Source of the DNA: Vampirovibrionaceae bacterium NZW_1234
GTDB taxonomy: Bacteria; Cyanobacteriota; Vampirovibrionia; Vampirovibrionales; JAGQHJ01
Assembly: GCA_041697335.1 (NCBI GenBank)
Contig: JBGUGD010000004.1
Span: 1-64,000 of the forward strand
DNA length: 64,000 nucleotides
Direction of reading: 5' to 3'
Shown: piece after piece, positions 1 to 8,556 of the stretch
Numbering within the stretch: the stretch's first letter is position 1
Layout: every line of letters starts with the position of its first letter
Notes under the pieces: generated by a model
What the model saw: only the letters and a program-made list of their open reading frames with translations
The model's database searches: none
What the model was told of the DNA's origin: nothing
Translations under genes and position numbers: made by a program

Positions 1-2
1 AG

Positions 3-389
3 GGTGTCCAGGGTGCGCAAGGTGATTACGGTGCTCAAGGGGATTACGGTGCTCAGGGTGTTCAAGGTGCCCAAGGTGATTACGGTGCTCAAGGTGCTAC
101 TGGAGCTACCGGAGCAGAGGGTGTCCAGGGTGCTCAAGGGGATTACGGTGCCCAGGGTGCTCAGGGTGATATCGGTATAAGCGGTATGAACGGTATGGAC
201 GGCGCTCAAGGTGCTCAAGGTGCTCAGGGTGATGTCGGTATGAGCGGTATGGACGGCGCTCAGGGTGCTCAAGGTGATGTTGGTGCCCAGGGTGATATGG
301 GGCCTCAAGGGCCACAAGGGGATATGGGACCTCAAGGCTACACGTATTATTACTACTCTCCGTATGGTATGACAGGCATCTACGCTTAA
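3..389 (+). CDS. Collagen-like protein, 3' part (5' end lies outside the window)
   Basis: Frame from nt 3 reads 38 uninterrupted Gly-X-Y triplets (GVQ GAQ GDY ... GPQ GYT), then YYYYSPYGMTGIYA-stop. The ORF track shows only 186..389. Confidence 0.92.
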   Translation, partial: GVQGAQGDYGAQGDYGAQGVQGAQGDYGAQGATGATGAEGVQGAQGDYGAQGAQGDIGISGMNGMDGAQGAQGAQGDVGMSGMDGAQGAQGDVGAQGDMGPQGPQGDMGPQGYTYYYYSPYGMTGIYA

Positions 390-639
390 GGCTCAGAAAA
401 GATAACACAGAGGCGAGTGCTCTAAATTTTGAATAGCAAATGTCAGAGTTCTTGAGGAATGAACACAGCTTGCCGGCCTTGACTACTGCAAGCAATGGAT
501 TTCGTGGGTTTACTTCAAGAGAAAAGTAAATAAGTCGAAAATGGGAGGAGAGATAATCCACTCTCCTAAAACGGAGCTTTTCAACCTTAATTTATGCTTC
601 CGTTCTAAGCGTTTATGAGATGTAGGTTCAACATACATC

Positions 640-1239
640 ATGCTTACCCATCACCAGCCTGACATTATTGTTGTCGACAATTTTTATGTTGATCCGGATT
701 TTGTGCGTCATCTGGCCTTAAGCCAAGAGTTTATAGAGAGTGACTATCACAAAGGTAAGCGCACTATCGCAAAATTTTGCTTTCCTGGTGTCAAAGAACG
801 TTTGGAGTATCTGCTTCAAAAGCGGATTACAGTATGGGATGAGCATCGGTTCAACGGGGTTTTTCAATACTGTATTGCCTCCGATCCAATTGTGATTCAC
901 TCCGATTTACAGACGTATGCCGCGGTCGTCTATTTAACCCCCAATGCACCGCCTGAATGTGGAACCACGTTTTATCGAAGCAAAAAGACAGGCTTAATGG
1001 CCTCACCCACAGAAGCCGATGCCAAGAGAGCCAATATGAGCTTGCATGATCTGAATCGGATGCAATATTCCGGCAATCTCTTTGATTTTACAAAATGGGA
1101 AGTTATTGATGTCATTGGAAATGTGTATAATCGACTGGTCATTTGGAATGCCAAGCTAATCCATAGTGCCTCTATGTACTTTGGGAATGACGTAGCAGAT
1201 AGTCGATTATTCCACATGTTCTTTTTTGATGCCGAATAA
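640..1239 (+). CDS. Fe(II)/2-oxoglutarate dioxygenase-like protein (DUF6445-like)
   Basis: IIVVDNFY..P N-terminus, HxD (IHSD), YLTP..P..GT.FY, YNRLVIW, distal His (LIHSA), C-terminal Arg (SRLFHMFFF). Confidence 0.75.
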   Translation: MLTHHQPDIIVVDNFYVDPDFVRHLALSQEFIESDYHKGKRTIAKFCFPGVKERLEYLLQKRITVWDEHRFNGVFQYCIASDPIVIHSDLQTYAAVVYLTPNAPPECGTTFYRSKKTGLMASPTEADAKRANMSLHDLNRMQYSGNLFDFTKWEVIDVIGNVYNRLVIWNAKLIHSASMYFGNDVADSRLFHMFFFDAE

Positions 1240-1367
1240 ATGGATTTAATTAAACCTATAGGGGATATTGAGGAGTTAGGCTTAAGTATTTTAAAAACAG
1301 TCCGAAAGAACCAATACCATCTTAATTTTGGCTGAATCTATCCATACTGCTACCTTAACGGAACTCT

Positions 1368-2150
1368 GTGCGACTGATGCAATACAATTACGCTGTTAAT
1401 TTAGATTATCTGAATTCGTCACTGACCCGAATGATTCTGGCTGTTCGAGATTTCAGCCGGGTTTTGGAAGTGGGGTGCGCGACAGGCTATGTTGGAGAAG
1501 CATTGGCACAAAAAGGCTGTACAGTTTTTGGTATTGAGTATGATCCTCATATGGCAGAACAGGCCCGACAGCGAAATTGCTATAAATCCGTAGTGACATT
1601 GGACTTAAACCAACCGGAACAACTTGATGCGTTTCGAATTGAACCGGTGGATCACATTCTGTGGGGGGATGTCATTGAACACCTGCTTCATCCTCAAATG
1701 TCCGTTCGTGGTGTGCTCCCCATCTTGCAGGAAGACGGGACAATGATTTTTTCTATTCCGAATGTAAGTCATGGGTCTCTAAAGTTGAATTTGCTTTTAA
1801 ATAACTTTCGCTATACCCCTCAAGGCTTACTGGACAATACCCACATCCGGTTTTTTACCATTAAGTCTGTTATTTCATTTATGACAGATTTGGGATTAGA
1901 AATTATCAGTTTAGATAGGATTTTCCACCCAATAAATCTCAGAGAGCAACCGGTGGAAGTCAGTACGTTTCCCGCAGAAGTGTTTGACTTTGTTAGACGA
2001 GATCTGGAGTCCTATTCTTATCAATATGTTGTGACTGCCCGTCGTTCAAAACTCAGTGAAGAGAATTTAGTTTTACAGAACAATACATTTACGTACCCTA
2101 CTAAGCAAGACTATTTGAATTGCCAGCAATATTGTCAGGCTTTTTTATAG
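1368..2150 (+). CDS. Class I SAM-dependent methyltransferase, glycan-associated type
   Basis: VLEVGCATG motif I; DVIEHL, SIPN and GLLDNTHIRFFT motifs typical of polysaccharide-cluster methyltransferases. Confidence 0.85.
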   Translation: MRLMQYNYAVNLDYLNSSLTRMILAVRDFSRVLEVGCATGYVGEALAQKGCTVFGIEYDPHMAEQARQRNCYKSVVTLDLNQPEQLDAFRIEPVDHILWGDVIEHLLHPQMSVRGVLPILQEDGTMIFSIPNVSHGSLKLNLLLNNFRYTPQGLLDNTHIRFFTIKSVISFMTDLGLEIISLDRIFHPINLREQPVEVSTFPAEVFDFVRRDLESYSYQYVVTARRSKLSEENLVLQNNTFTYPTKQDYLNCQQYCQAFL

Positions 2151-2271
2151 TTTTTCTCAAGCTGGAGAAGATTTTAGCGTTAAGGCTATCAAGGAACGAT
2201 AAACACAATAGCCTTGGTCAGTTTCACATCGTTTAGTTAATGGATTTTATTGACAAGTCTCGAAAAGAGAT

Positions 2272-2306
2272 GCGGTTGAGTCCCAAGAGGACTCGGTTGC
2301 TTTTTT
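2272..2306 (+). terminator. Putative intrinsic terminator or attenuator hairpin
   Basis: GCGGTTGAGTCC-caaga-GGACTCGGTTGC (12 bp including G-U pairs) followed by TTTTTT. Confidence 0.55.
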
Positions 2307-2433
2307 GAGTTAAACATCGGACAGCTTTGATAAATATTAAATACGAAATCTGGGGGAGAGGAAGCAAGCGACTCAGTGGTAGTATTAGCTATGAGATCTG
2401 CACTCTGACAGAGTAAGCGCGGAAAACACAACA

Positions 2434-3531
2434 ATGCCAACCGCCAATCTAAAAGTCCTATTTATCGGAAAAGAGTGGGACGTTCCTTATGATACGTTCT
2501 TTTGCAAGAGAATGAACAATCTCTTTGCAACTATTGCAACGTTTAAGCCCGATGTTATTGTTACAAGTACTTTTATTCCCGCCTCGCTAAATGTGGCTAA
2601 TTTTGATATTCGCAAGAAATGGATTCACCTGGACCCCAATATTAAGCCGGATGAATTGATTAGAGCCATTGAGAGTTGCTATTGCGGCTATTTATGGGAA
2701 CATCCCAAGCAGCATTTGCAACCCCTTATCAGCGTTTATACCGGTACCTACAATACGGGTGATTTTTTGCGAGAGACATACCAATCCCTTCGAGAACAGA
2801 CCTATACCAACTGGGAATGGGTTGTTGTGGATGACGAAAGTACCGATGGCACGTGGGAACGCTTGCTGCAAATTGCTACCGAGGATATTCGGGTAAGGCC
2901 GGTACGAATCAGTCATAATGGTAAGATTGGTGCCATAAAAGATATGGCGACACGCTTGGCATACGGGACTTATCTGGTAGAGCTGGATCATGATGATATG
3001 CTGACAGATACGGCGTTGATGGATATTAAAACCGCGTTTGAGACGAGTCCTGATGTTGGCATGGTGTATTCCAATTTTGCTGAGTTTTTTATGGATGGTA
3101 GGCCTCATCGCTATGGCGGGGAGTTTTGGGAAAATCGCTATCGGAAAACCGAATACCACGGTAAAGTGTATGATGAATGTATTACGCCCAATATTTATGA
3201 TCGCTTTGGACCTGACTATACGGAACAATTCGGGTGGTTTTTAACGGTTGGCCCTAATCATGTTCGGTGCTTCCGGGCAAGTGAACTCAAGCGGTTGGGA
3301 GGGTATAATGCAAACTTTCCCGTGGCGGATGATTGGGAGTTAATGGCAAGATTCTTTCTTTATTCGAAAGTTTATCATATCGACAAGCTCCTATATTTAT
3401 ATCGGTTCTTGGATAATGCCGGTAATACGACTTTTGTTCGCAATAAGTCCATTCAGGATCACCTTGCCATTGCGAGAAATTATTATCGGCAGGCCTTTGT
3501 TGAGTTTAACGATAAACCTCGGCCAATATGA
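2434..3531 (+). CDS. Glycosyltransferase family 2 with extra N-terminal domain
   Basis: ISVYTGTYN, WEWVVVDDESTD, ELDHDD, LGGYN, DDWEL. Confidence 0.9.
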   Translation: MPTANLKVLFIGKEWDVPYDTFFCKRMNNLFATIATFKPDVIVTSTFIPASLNVANFDIRKKWIHLDPNIKPDELIRAIESCYCGYLWEHPKQHLQPLISVYTGTYNTGDFLRETYQSLREQTYTNWEWVVVDDESTDGTWERLLQIATEDIRVRPVRISHNGKIGAIKDMATRLAYGTYLVELDHDDMLTDTALMDIKTAFETSPDVGMVYSNFAEFFMDGRPHRYGGEFWENRYRKTEYHGKVYDECITPNIYDRFGPDYTEQFGWFLTVGPNHVRCFRASELKRLGGYNANFPVADDWELMARFFLYSKVYHIDKLLYLYRFLDNAGNTTFVRNKSIQDHLAIARNYYRQAFVEFNDKPRPI

Positions 3532-3532
3532 A

Positions 3533-4594
3533 ATGATCCGAATTAAAATTTTAACGCTGCTTTCTCTTGCCTTCGAGTTACCTGGGGAATACTTTGAAGT
3601 CAGGCACCTCCAGGATAATCAGACAATTTTACCTGTGCTGGCTCAGTATCAACCTGATTTAGTCCTCTGCCAGCAGAGGGACGACATACCCACGAAGCTA
3701 CAGGAGGAGTTGGATGAAAAGCTTTTAGTTTTAACAGAGCCACAGAATGCCCAATCCTGTTTACGGCAGATTGAAGAAAAAATTACAGAAATAGTCTGGC
3801 CTTCAGAACAGGAAAAACCGAAAATGGTCAGTATTATTACTGCTTCTTATTGTTCGGGGGAAATTTTATATGCGGTCTATTCATCTCTAGCGCAACAGAC
3901 ATCATCTCGTTGGGAATGGGTTATTGTGGATGACGATAGTGATGACAAGACCTGGGAGGTATTGCATCAAATTGCCAGTTGGGATAGTCGTGTCAAGATT
4001 TATGCCGTAAATCAGCATCGTGGAAACATTGGTGCGCTAAAGCGGGATGCCTGTCGACTTGCCTGTGGGGAATACCTGATTGAGCTAGACCATGATGACT
4101 TTTTAGCGCCGACAGCGGTTGAAAGAGTCAGGCAGGTCTTTGACGCAGATCCGGATTTAGGGATGATCTATTCGAATTATGCCTATATCGATGACTCTTT
4201 GAGGCCGATTTGCGAGTTGAGACCTGTTTATAAGTACCGCAAAACAACTTTAAATGGACAGGAGTATCTCGAGGTAATGAAGCCGGATATTTCGGCTCTC
4301 CAAACCTCAGAGTGGGTGACCAGTTATTTGAATGTTCCTTTTCATATGAAGGCTTTCCGTGCCAGTGAGCTCCATCGTTTGGGTGGTTATAATGCTCACC
4401 TGAAGGTGTCAGATGATTGGGAAATCGTCTATCGGTTTTACTTATATTCCAGGATTCGGCATATTAATGAATTATTATATTTGTATTGTGTCCGGAGGGC
4501 GAAAGAACAGCGTAGTAATACAACGTCGTCTGTACTAGAGCTTAGTTTTTGGCTAAGAGACCTTGCAATCAAGCATTATCGGCTTTTAGAATAA
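3533..4594 (+). CDS. Glycosyltransferase family 2, paralog of the upstream GT2
   Basis: WEWVIVDDDSDD, ELDHDD, FRASELHRLGGYNA, DDWEI. Start moved to ATG 3533, just after the upstream stop. Confidence 0.88.
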   Translation: MIRIKILTLLSLAFELPGEYFEVRHLQDNQTILPVLAQYQPDLVLCQQRDDIPTKLQEELDEKLLVLTEPQNAQSCLRQIEEKITEIVWPSEQEKPKMVSIITASYCSGEILYAVYSSLAQQTSSRWEWVIVDDDSDDKTWEVLHQIASWDSRVKIYAVNQHRGNIGALKRDACRLACGEYLIELDHDDFLAPTAVERVRQVFDADPDLGMIYSNYAYIDDSLRPICELRPVYKYRKTTLNGQEYLEVMKPDISALQTSEWVTSYLNVPFHMKAFRASELHRLGGYNAHLKVSDDWEIVYRFYLYSRIRHINELLYLYCVRRAKEQRSNTTSSVLELSFWLRDLAIKHYRLLE

Positions 4595-5182
4595 CCTGTT
4601 GCAGCGCTTCTTGATTCCGGGCTTTCTGTCTCAAAAGGGATGGGGAAGTCATATTAGTGTGCTAGTGGGTACCGGTTTTTATAATGTATAAAATTTAAAA
4701 AATAACCATTGAAAAACCTTGTAACAAATTGGCACTAAAATTCTTTAGATTTTTTTTATGCTTATGTAAGGGGTGATGAAGTAACGCAAAACGAAGGGGT
4801 GTTATTTCAAGCTCTGAGAGGGAAATTAGTAAAGCGTAAATGGGGATACGGCTCATGAAGACATTCTAACAAGGCTTTTGACAATTCAATAGTTGGCGCT
4901 CTTGCTTTCGCCTCGGTTATGTCAGGGTTGTGGCATGCACAATTTTAAGTGCAGCAACTGCAATACCCGTGATGAGGATGCGTTACGTTCTGCTGGCTGA
5001 ACCCAATGGGGTCGCCTGGAGGAGTAGCTCTCGTTGCAGTGATGACAATCTGAACAAGCATAATCAGACTTTTAAAATTGAATTTTGATGTGGTGAAGGT
5101 ATCCGAGAATTAAGCAGGGGGAGCTTAAGCAAGATACGGAAGGTCTAGGGGGGAGAGCCGGTTTATCTTGTTCATCTTGACT

Positions 5183-5220
5183 GTCTGCTTTCAGAGGGGG
5201 GAAGCAGACTTTTTATTTTT
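5183..5220 (+). terminator. Intrinsic terminator (U-tract on + strand; may also serve convergent queG)
   Basis: GTCTGCTTT...GAAGCAGAC stem followed by TTTTTATTTTT. Confidence 0.7.
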
Positions 5221-5259
5221 GTCATAAGTGAAAATATCAAAGGCAATCCAGGAGAGGCT

Positions 5260-6222
5260 TTAGATGGGGTTGTCGTTATTCAGGCGCTGTTTTTTTAATG
5301 CGGCCAAGTTCCGCTGAAGGCCTGATAATTTGGTTCGTTTCAAAGGGCTCTTTCGATACCGGACGCGAAAGGCCTCAGGTGTCAGTGTTAAAATATCGTT
5401 TGGTTTTGGGCGTAAGTTCCATGGCCGGGGTAAAAAGGCAACTTCGCTTGTGGGTTGTTGAAACTTGAGGTTCCAGGGACAGACTTCTTGGCAGATATCA
5501 CAGCCAAACAGCCAGCCATTCAGGTGCTCAGCAATTGTCTCGGGTATCTCATCACCTTTGTATTCAATCGTCCAGTAGGAAATGCATTTTCGCGCATCTA
5601 CGACTTTATCACTGACAATAGCTTCTGTTGGGCAGGCTTCTATACAGCGCCGGCAAGTACCACAAAAGTCGCCTATGGGTTCTGGCTCAGGTTGATTGGG
5701 GAAGGTCACGTTCAATAAGAGCTCCCCTAAAAATACCCAGGAGCCTTTGTCTCGAGTAATTAAATTGCTGTGTTTACCCTGCCACCCAATGCCTGCTTTT
5801 ACGGCAAGCGCTTTCTCAAGAATGGGTGCACTATCAACCAAGGGGCGGCCTTCTATTTCGGGGTTAATTGATTTAAGCCAGCCAAGTAGCTCTTTTAACC
5901 TCTCTTTCAGAATGTTGTGATAATCGTCTCCTAAAGCATAGCGTGCAATTTTGAGGTCGCTTGGTTCTTGAGGTAATTTGCCAGGGTAATAATTCATGGT
6001 GACACACAAGATGGTCTGGGTTTCTGGCATGAGCGACTCAGGCGCACGCCGTTTGTCCAGATGAGTGACCATCCATTGCATGTCTGCGTGATAATCTTGG
6101 TTCAACCACGCTTCTAGCCGTAATCCTTCTTCTTGAATGTCTGGAACTCTTAGTGAGCGAACATGATCAAACCCGAGTGAAAGGGTTTTTTCAACAACGT
6201 CGGCATAATCCGGTAATGTCAT
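5260..6222 (-). CDS. queG: tRNA epoxyqueuosine(34) reductase
   Basis: IARYALGDDYH, VDSAPILEK, GWQGKH, CGTCRRCIEACPT, GCDICQEVCPWN. Confidence 0.95.
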   Translation of the reverse strand: MTLPDYADVVEKTLSLGFDHVRSLRVPDIQEEGLRLEAWLNQDYHADMQWMVTHLDKRRAPESLMPETQTILCVTMNYYPGKLPQEPSDLKIARYALGDDYHNILKERLKELLGWLKSINPEIEGRPLVDSAPILEKALAVKAGIGWQGKHSNLITRDKGSWVFLGELLLNVTFPNQPEPEPIGDFCGTCRRCIEACPTEAIVSDKVVDARKCISYWTIEYKGDEIPETIAEHLNGWLFGCDICQEVCPWNLKFQQPTSEVAFLPRPWNLRPKPNDILTLTPEAFRVRYRKSPLKRTKLSGLQRNLAALKKQRLNNDNPI

Positions 6223-6336
6223 GGGAGATGATCCTAAGCCTCAAGAGAGCGGTTCCATACTTGGGATGATAGCTGACAATCCCGGATTTATTATATACTG
6301 AGACCTATGGCCAGTGGGATTTAGAAAGGTTGATGG

Positions 6337-7275
6337 ATGGATATTTTAGGCATCGGAGAATGTATGATCGAGTTGGATGCCGACTCGGGGTTAGCTGAAA
6401 CATCCTCATTCCAATGTCAAGTTGGTGGTGATGTATTTAATACCCTTGTGGCGGTTTCGCGCCTGGGAGGGAAAGCCGCATTTGTCTCTGGTGTTGCAAT
6501 GGATGGTTTTGGTCAACGGCTAATTCGAGCGTTTCAGTCCTATGGTATTGACAGTCGGGGAGTGCAACGCTTTTCACAGGGCTATAATGGTGTTTATTTT
6601 ACGGCTCTGGATGCTCAGCGTCAGCATGAGTTTGTCTATTATCGTCATGGCTCAGCGGCTTCTCGTTTGCATCCTTCCCATCTATCCGAACAGTGGGTTC
6701 AGGAAGCTTCTGTTGTTTATGCCACAGGTGTGTCACAAGCAATATCGCCTACAGCACGTGCCTGTGTGCTGAAGGCGTTTCAATTGGGCAGAGCTCAAGG
6801 CAAATTAACAGTCTATGATCCCAATTATCGCAGTCGACTTTGGGTTCATCGCGATCATGCAATTGAGGCTATGGTAGAAATTTTACCCTATGTCGATATT
6901 TTGCTGCCCTCGTTCGAAGACTTGCAAGGCTTGCTGGATATAACGGATTTGCCTCATATGCTGGAATACTTTCAATTGCGGGACGTTCCTATGGTTGCTT
7001 TAAAGCAGGGTACAGAGGGAGTCACTCTTGCTTTCCGCCGTCAACAACATCATATTAGTGCTATACCTGCGCCAGTGCTGGTTGATACGATTGGGGCAGG
7101 AGATGCATTCAACGGTGGGTTTTTGTGGGGTATGCTTCAAAAACGCAGTTTAGTTCAATGTGCTGAACTGGGCGTTCAGGTGGCATCCCTAAGTTTAGGT
7201 GGCAGAGGACCCATTGCAGGATTACCTGGACCGCAAGAGCTTGCAGGTAAGGCTTTGTCCCACTATGTAAGCTAA
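6337..7275 (+). CDS. PfkB-family sugar kinase (KdgK-like)
   Basis: GECMIEL, GGDVFN, YDPNYR, VDTIGAGDAFNGGF. Confidence 0.88.
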   Translation: MDILGIGECMIELDADSGLAETSSFQCQVGGDVFNTLVAVSRLGGKAAFVSGVAMDGFGQRLIRAFQSYGIDSRGVQRFSQGYNGVYFTALDAQRQHEFVYYRHGSAASRLHPSHLSEQWVQEASVVYATGVSQAISPTARACVLKAFQLGRAQGKLTVYDPNYRSRLWVHRDHAIEAMVEILPYVDILLPSFEDLQGLLDITDLPHMLEYFQLRDVPMVALKQGTEGVTLAFRRQQHHISAIPAPVLVDTIGAGDAFNGGFLWGMLQKRSLVQCAELGVQVASLSLGGRGPIAGLPGPQELAGKALSHYVS

Positions 7276-7282
7276 TTAGAAA

Positions 7283-7627
7283 TTACTTTCGTTTGGCCTT
7301 GGGTTTGGTCTCATTATCCTCTTCAGATTTATTGGATGAGAATAATCCAGTGACCTTTCGGATGCCACCGCTAATAAGGCTGAAGGCCCCATAGCCTACA
7401 ATACCAACTGCAGTCGCGAGGAGTGCTACAATTCCACCTCCACAGAGAAGCAGACCGCTTAAAATTCCAATGTTGGCTTTTTTGGCAGGCGTTGCGGCAG
7501 GTGTACCTGACGAGCCTGAAAACTTGGTACTATCCGATGTTGATGTTAATCGAACAGTTGTTGCATCTTTTTTCGTAAAAGCGTGTGAGGCATGTGATAA
7601 TGCCGATACTCCCCCTGTGGAAAGCAT
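7283..7627 (-). CDS. Small hypothetical membrane protein (paralog A)
   Basis: AGGAGG RBS; Ser/Thr-rich N-terminus, DSTKFSG...AATPAKKAN, then a hydrophobic segment. Confidence 0.75.
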   Translation of the reverse strand: MLSTGGVSALSHASHAFTKKDATTVRLTSTSDSTKFSGSSGTPAATPAKKANIGILSGLLLCGGGIVALLATAVGIVGYGAFSLISGGIRKVTGLFSSNKSEEDNETKPKAKRK

Positions 7628-7746
7628 GTGACAATTCCTCCTTTTTAAAATTTTCTAGATTTGTGCGTCTATGGTGTTTAGTCTTTTACTACGGGTGGTG
7701 TGATATGTGCAGACATTTTGGGTGGGACGTGATTCTAAAAGTATGA

Positions 7747-7995
7747 CTAGCCGAAGAACTTACCAACAAAGGGTAGGTAGCTCAGCAAGCCGCTGATAAT
7801 ACCCCAGCCCCAGCTTAGAGGTGCTGTAATAATCCCGAGGAGATCAAAATTTGCTTTTCGGGCTGGTGTAGCAGCGGTGGCTATTCCGGAAAAGCGAGTG
7901 CTATCTGTGGGGATTGCTTGAGCATTTTTTTGAATACCTGATCTGGCTGGGATGGCAGCAAAAGATGGTCCCCCATAATTCATAGATACTGGCAT
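7747..7995 (-). CDS. Small hypothetical membrane protein (paralog B)
   Basis: AGGAGG RBS before ATG at 7995 (MPVSMNY...); DSTRFSG...AATPARKAN, then an amphipathic hydrophobic C-terminus. Confidence 0.75.
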   Translation of the reverse strand: MPVSMNYGGPSFAAIPARSGIQKNAQAIPTDSTRFSGIATAATPARKANFDLLGIITAPLSWGWGIISGLLSYLPFVGKFFG

Positions 7996-8201
7996 TTGTT
8001 TCCTCCTGTGTCTGAAAAAGGTTGTGGGTTTTGAGTATACCCTTATAAGAGTTGTCAAGAAAACTTTGTGATAAATCATGTAGTTTTGTTAAGTGCGCGC
8101 CCTAAGCAACGCAATTGAGCCAAATCCCGTTGACTCATGCTGGAAGGGAGCAGATTTAAATTGAATGACAGACAGGCGGGTAAGGAGGAAGATATCTGAA
8201 A

Positions 8202-8450
8202 TTAAAATGTGGAATAGTTTCGGCCATGGTGCTTCTGGATATCTGATTCTCGGAGACCTGGGCCATGAACTTCACGAGAAGGGGGTTCGTCACTTTCCTC
8301 TTCCGACGAACGTTTTTGTTTCAGCTGGGCTTCAAAAGGCCTAGCGTAACCCTGATTAACAGTATCCTCATTATAATTTTTACCAATTAAAATAATCAGC
8401 ACAATTAACGAGAGCGTTAATATACCAATCAAGATCCAAATTGCTTTCAT
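8202..8450 (-). CDS. Small protein with N-terminal TM helix
   Basis: MKAIWILIGILTLSLIVLIILIG followed by a charged tail; start moved to ATG 8450. Confidence 0.6.
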   Translation of the reverse strand: MKAIWILIGILTLSLIVLIILIGKNYNEDTVNQGYARPFEAQLKQKRSSEEESDEPPSREVHGPGLRESDIQKHHGRNYSTF

Positions 8451-8556
8451 CAGGAACCAGCTTACTTTGAAAAGATGATTAACACTGCACGGACAACATT
8501 TCACGTAGAATTATTTTATCATGCTATATTGCAAGTTGAATTTTGTTGGGCTTCTG

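Noticed and set aside
1..340. Short DNA repeats as a possible CRISPR or VNTR
   Set aside because: 9-nt periodic coding repeats with synonymous variation; no spacers or cas genes.
106..561. 151-aa minus-strand ORF with HPEH repeats
   Set aside because: Antisense shadow of the collagen GXY codons.
3416..3532. N-terminal extension of the second GT2 in the ORF track
   Set aside because: Overlaps the upstream GT2; ATG 3533 immediately after its stop is more plausible.
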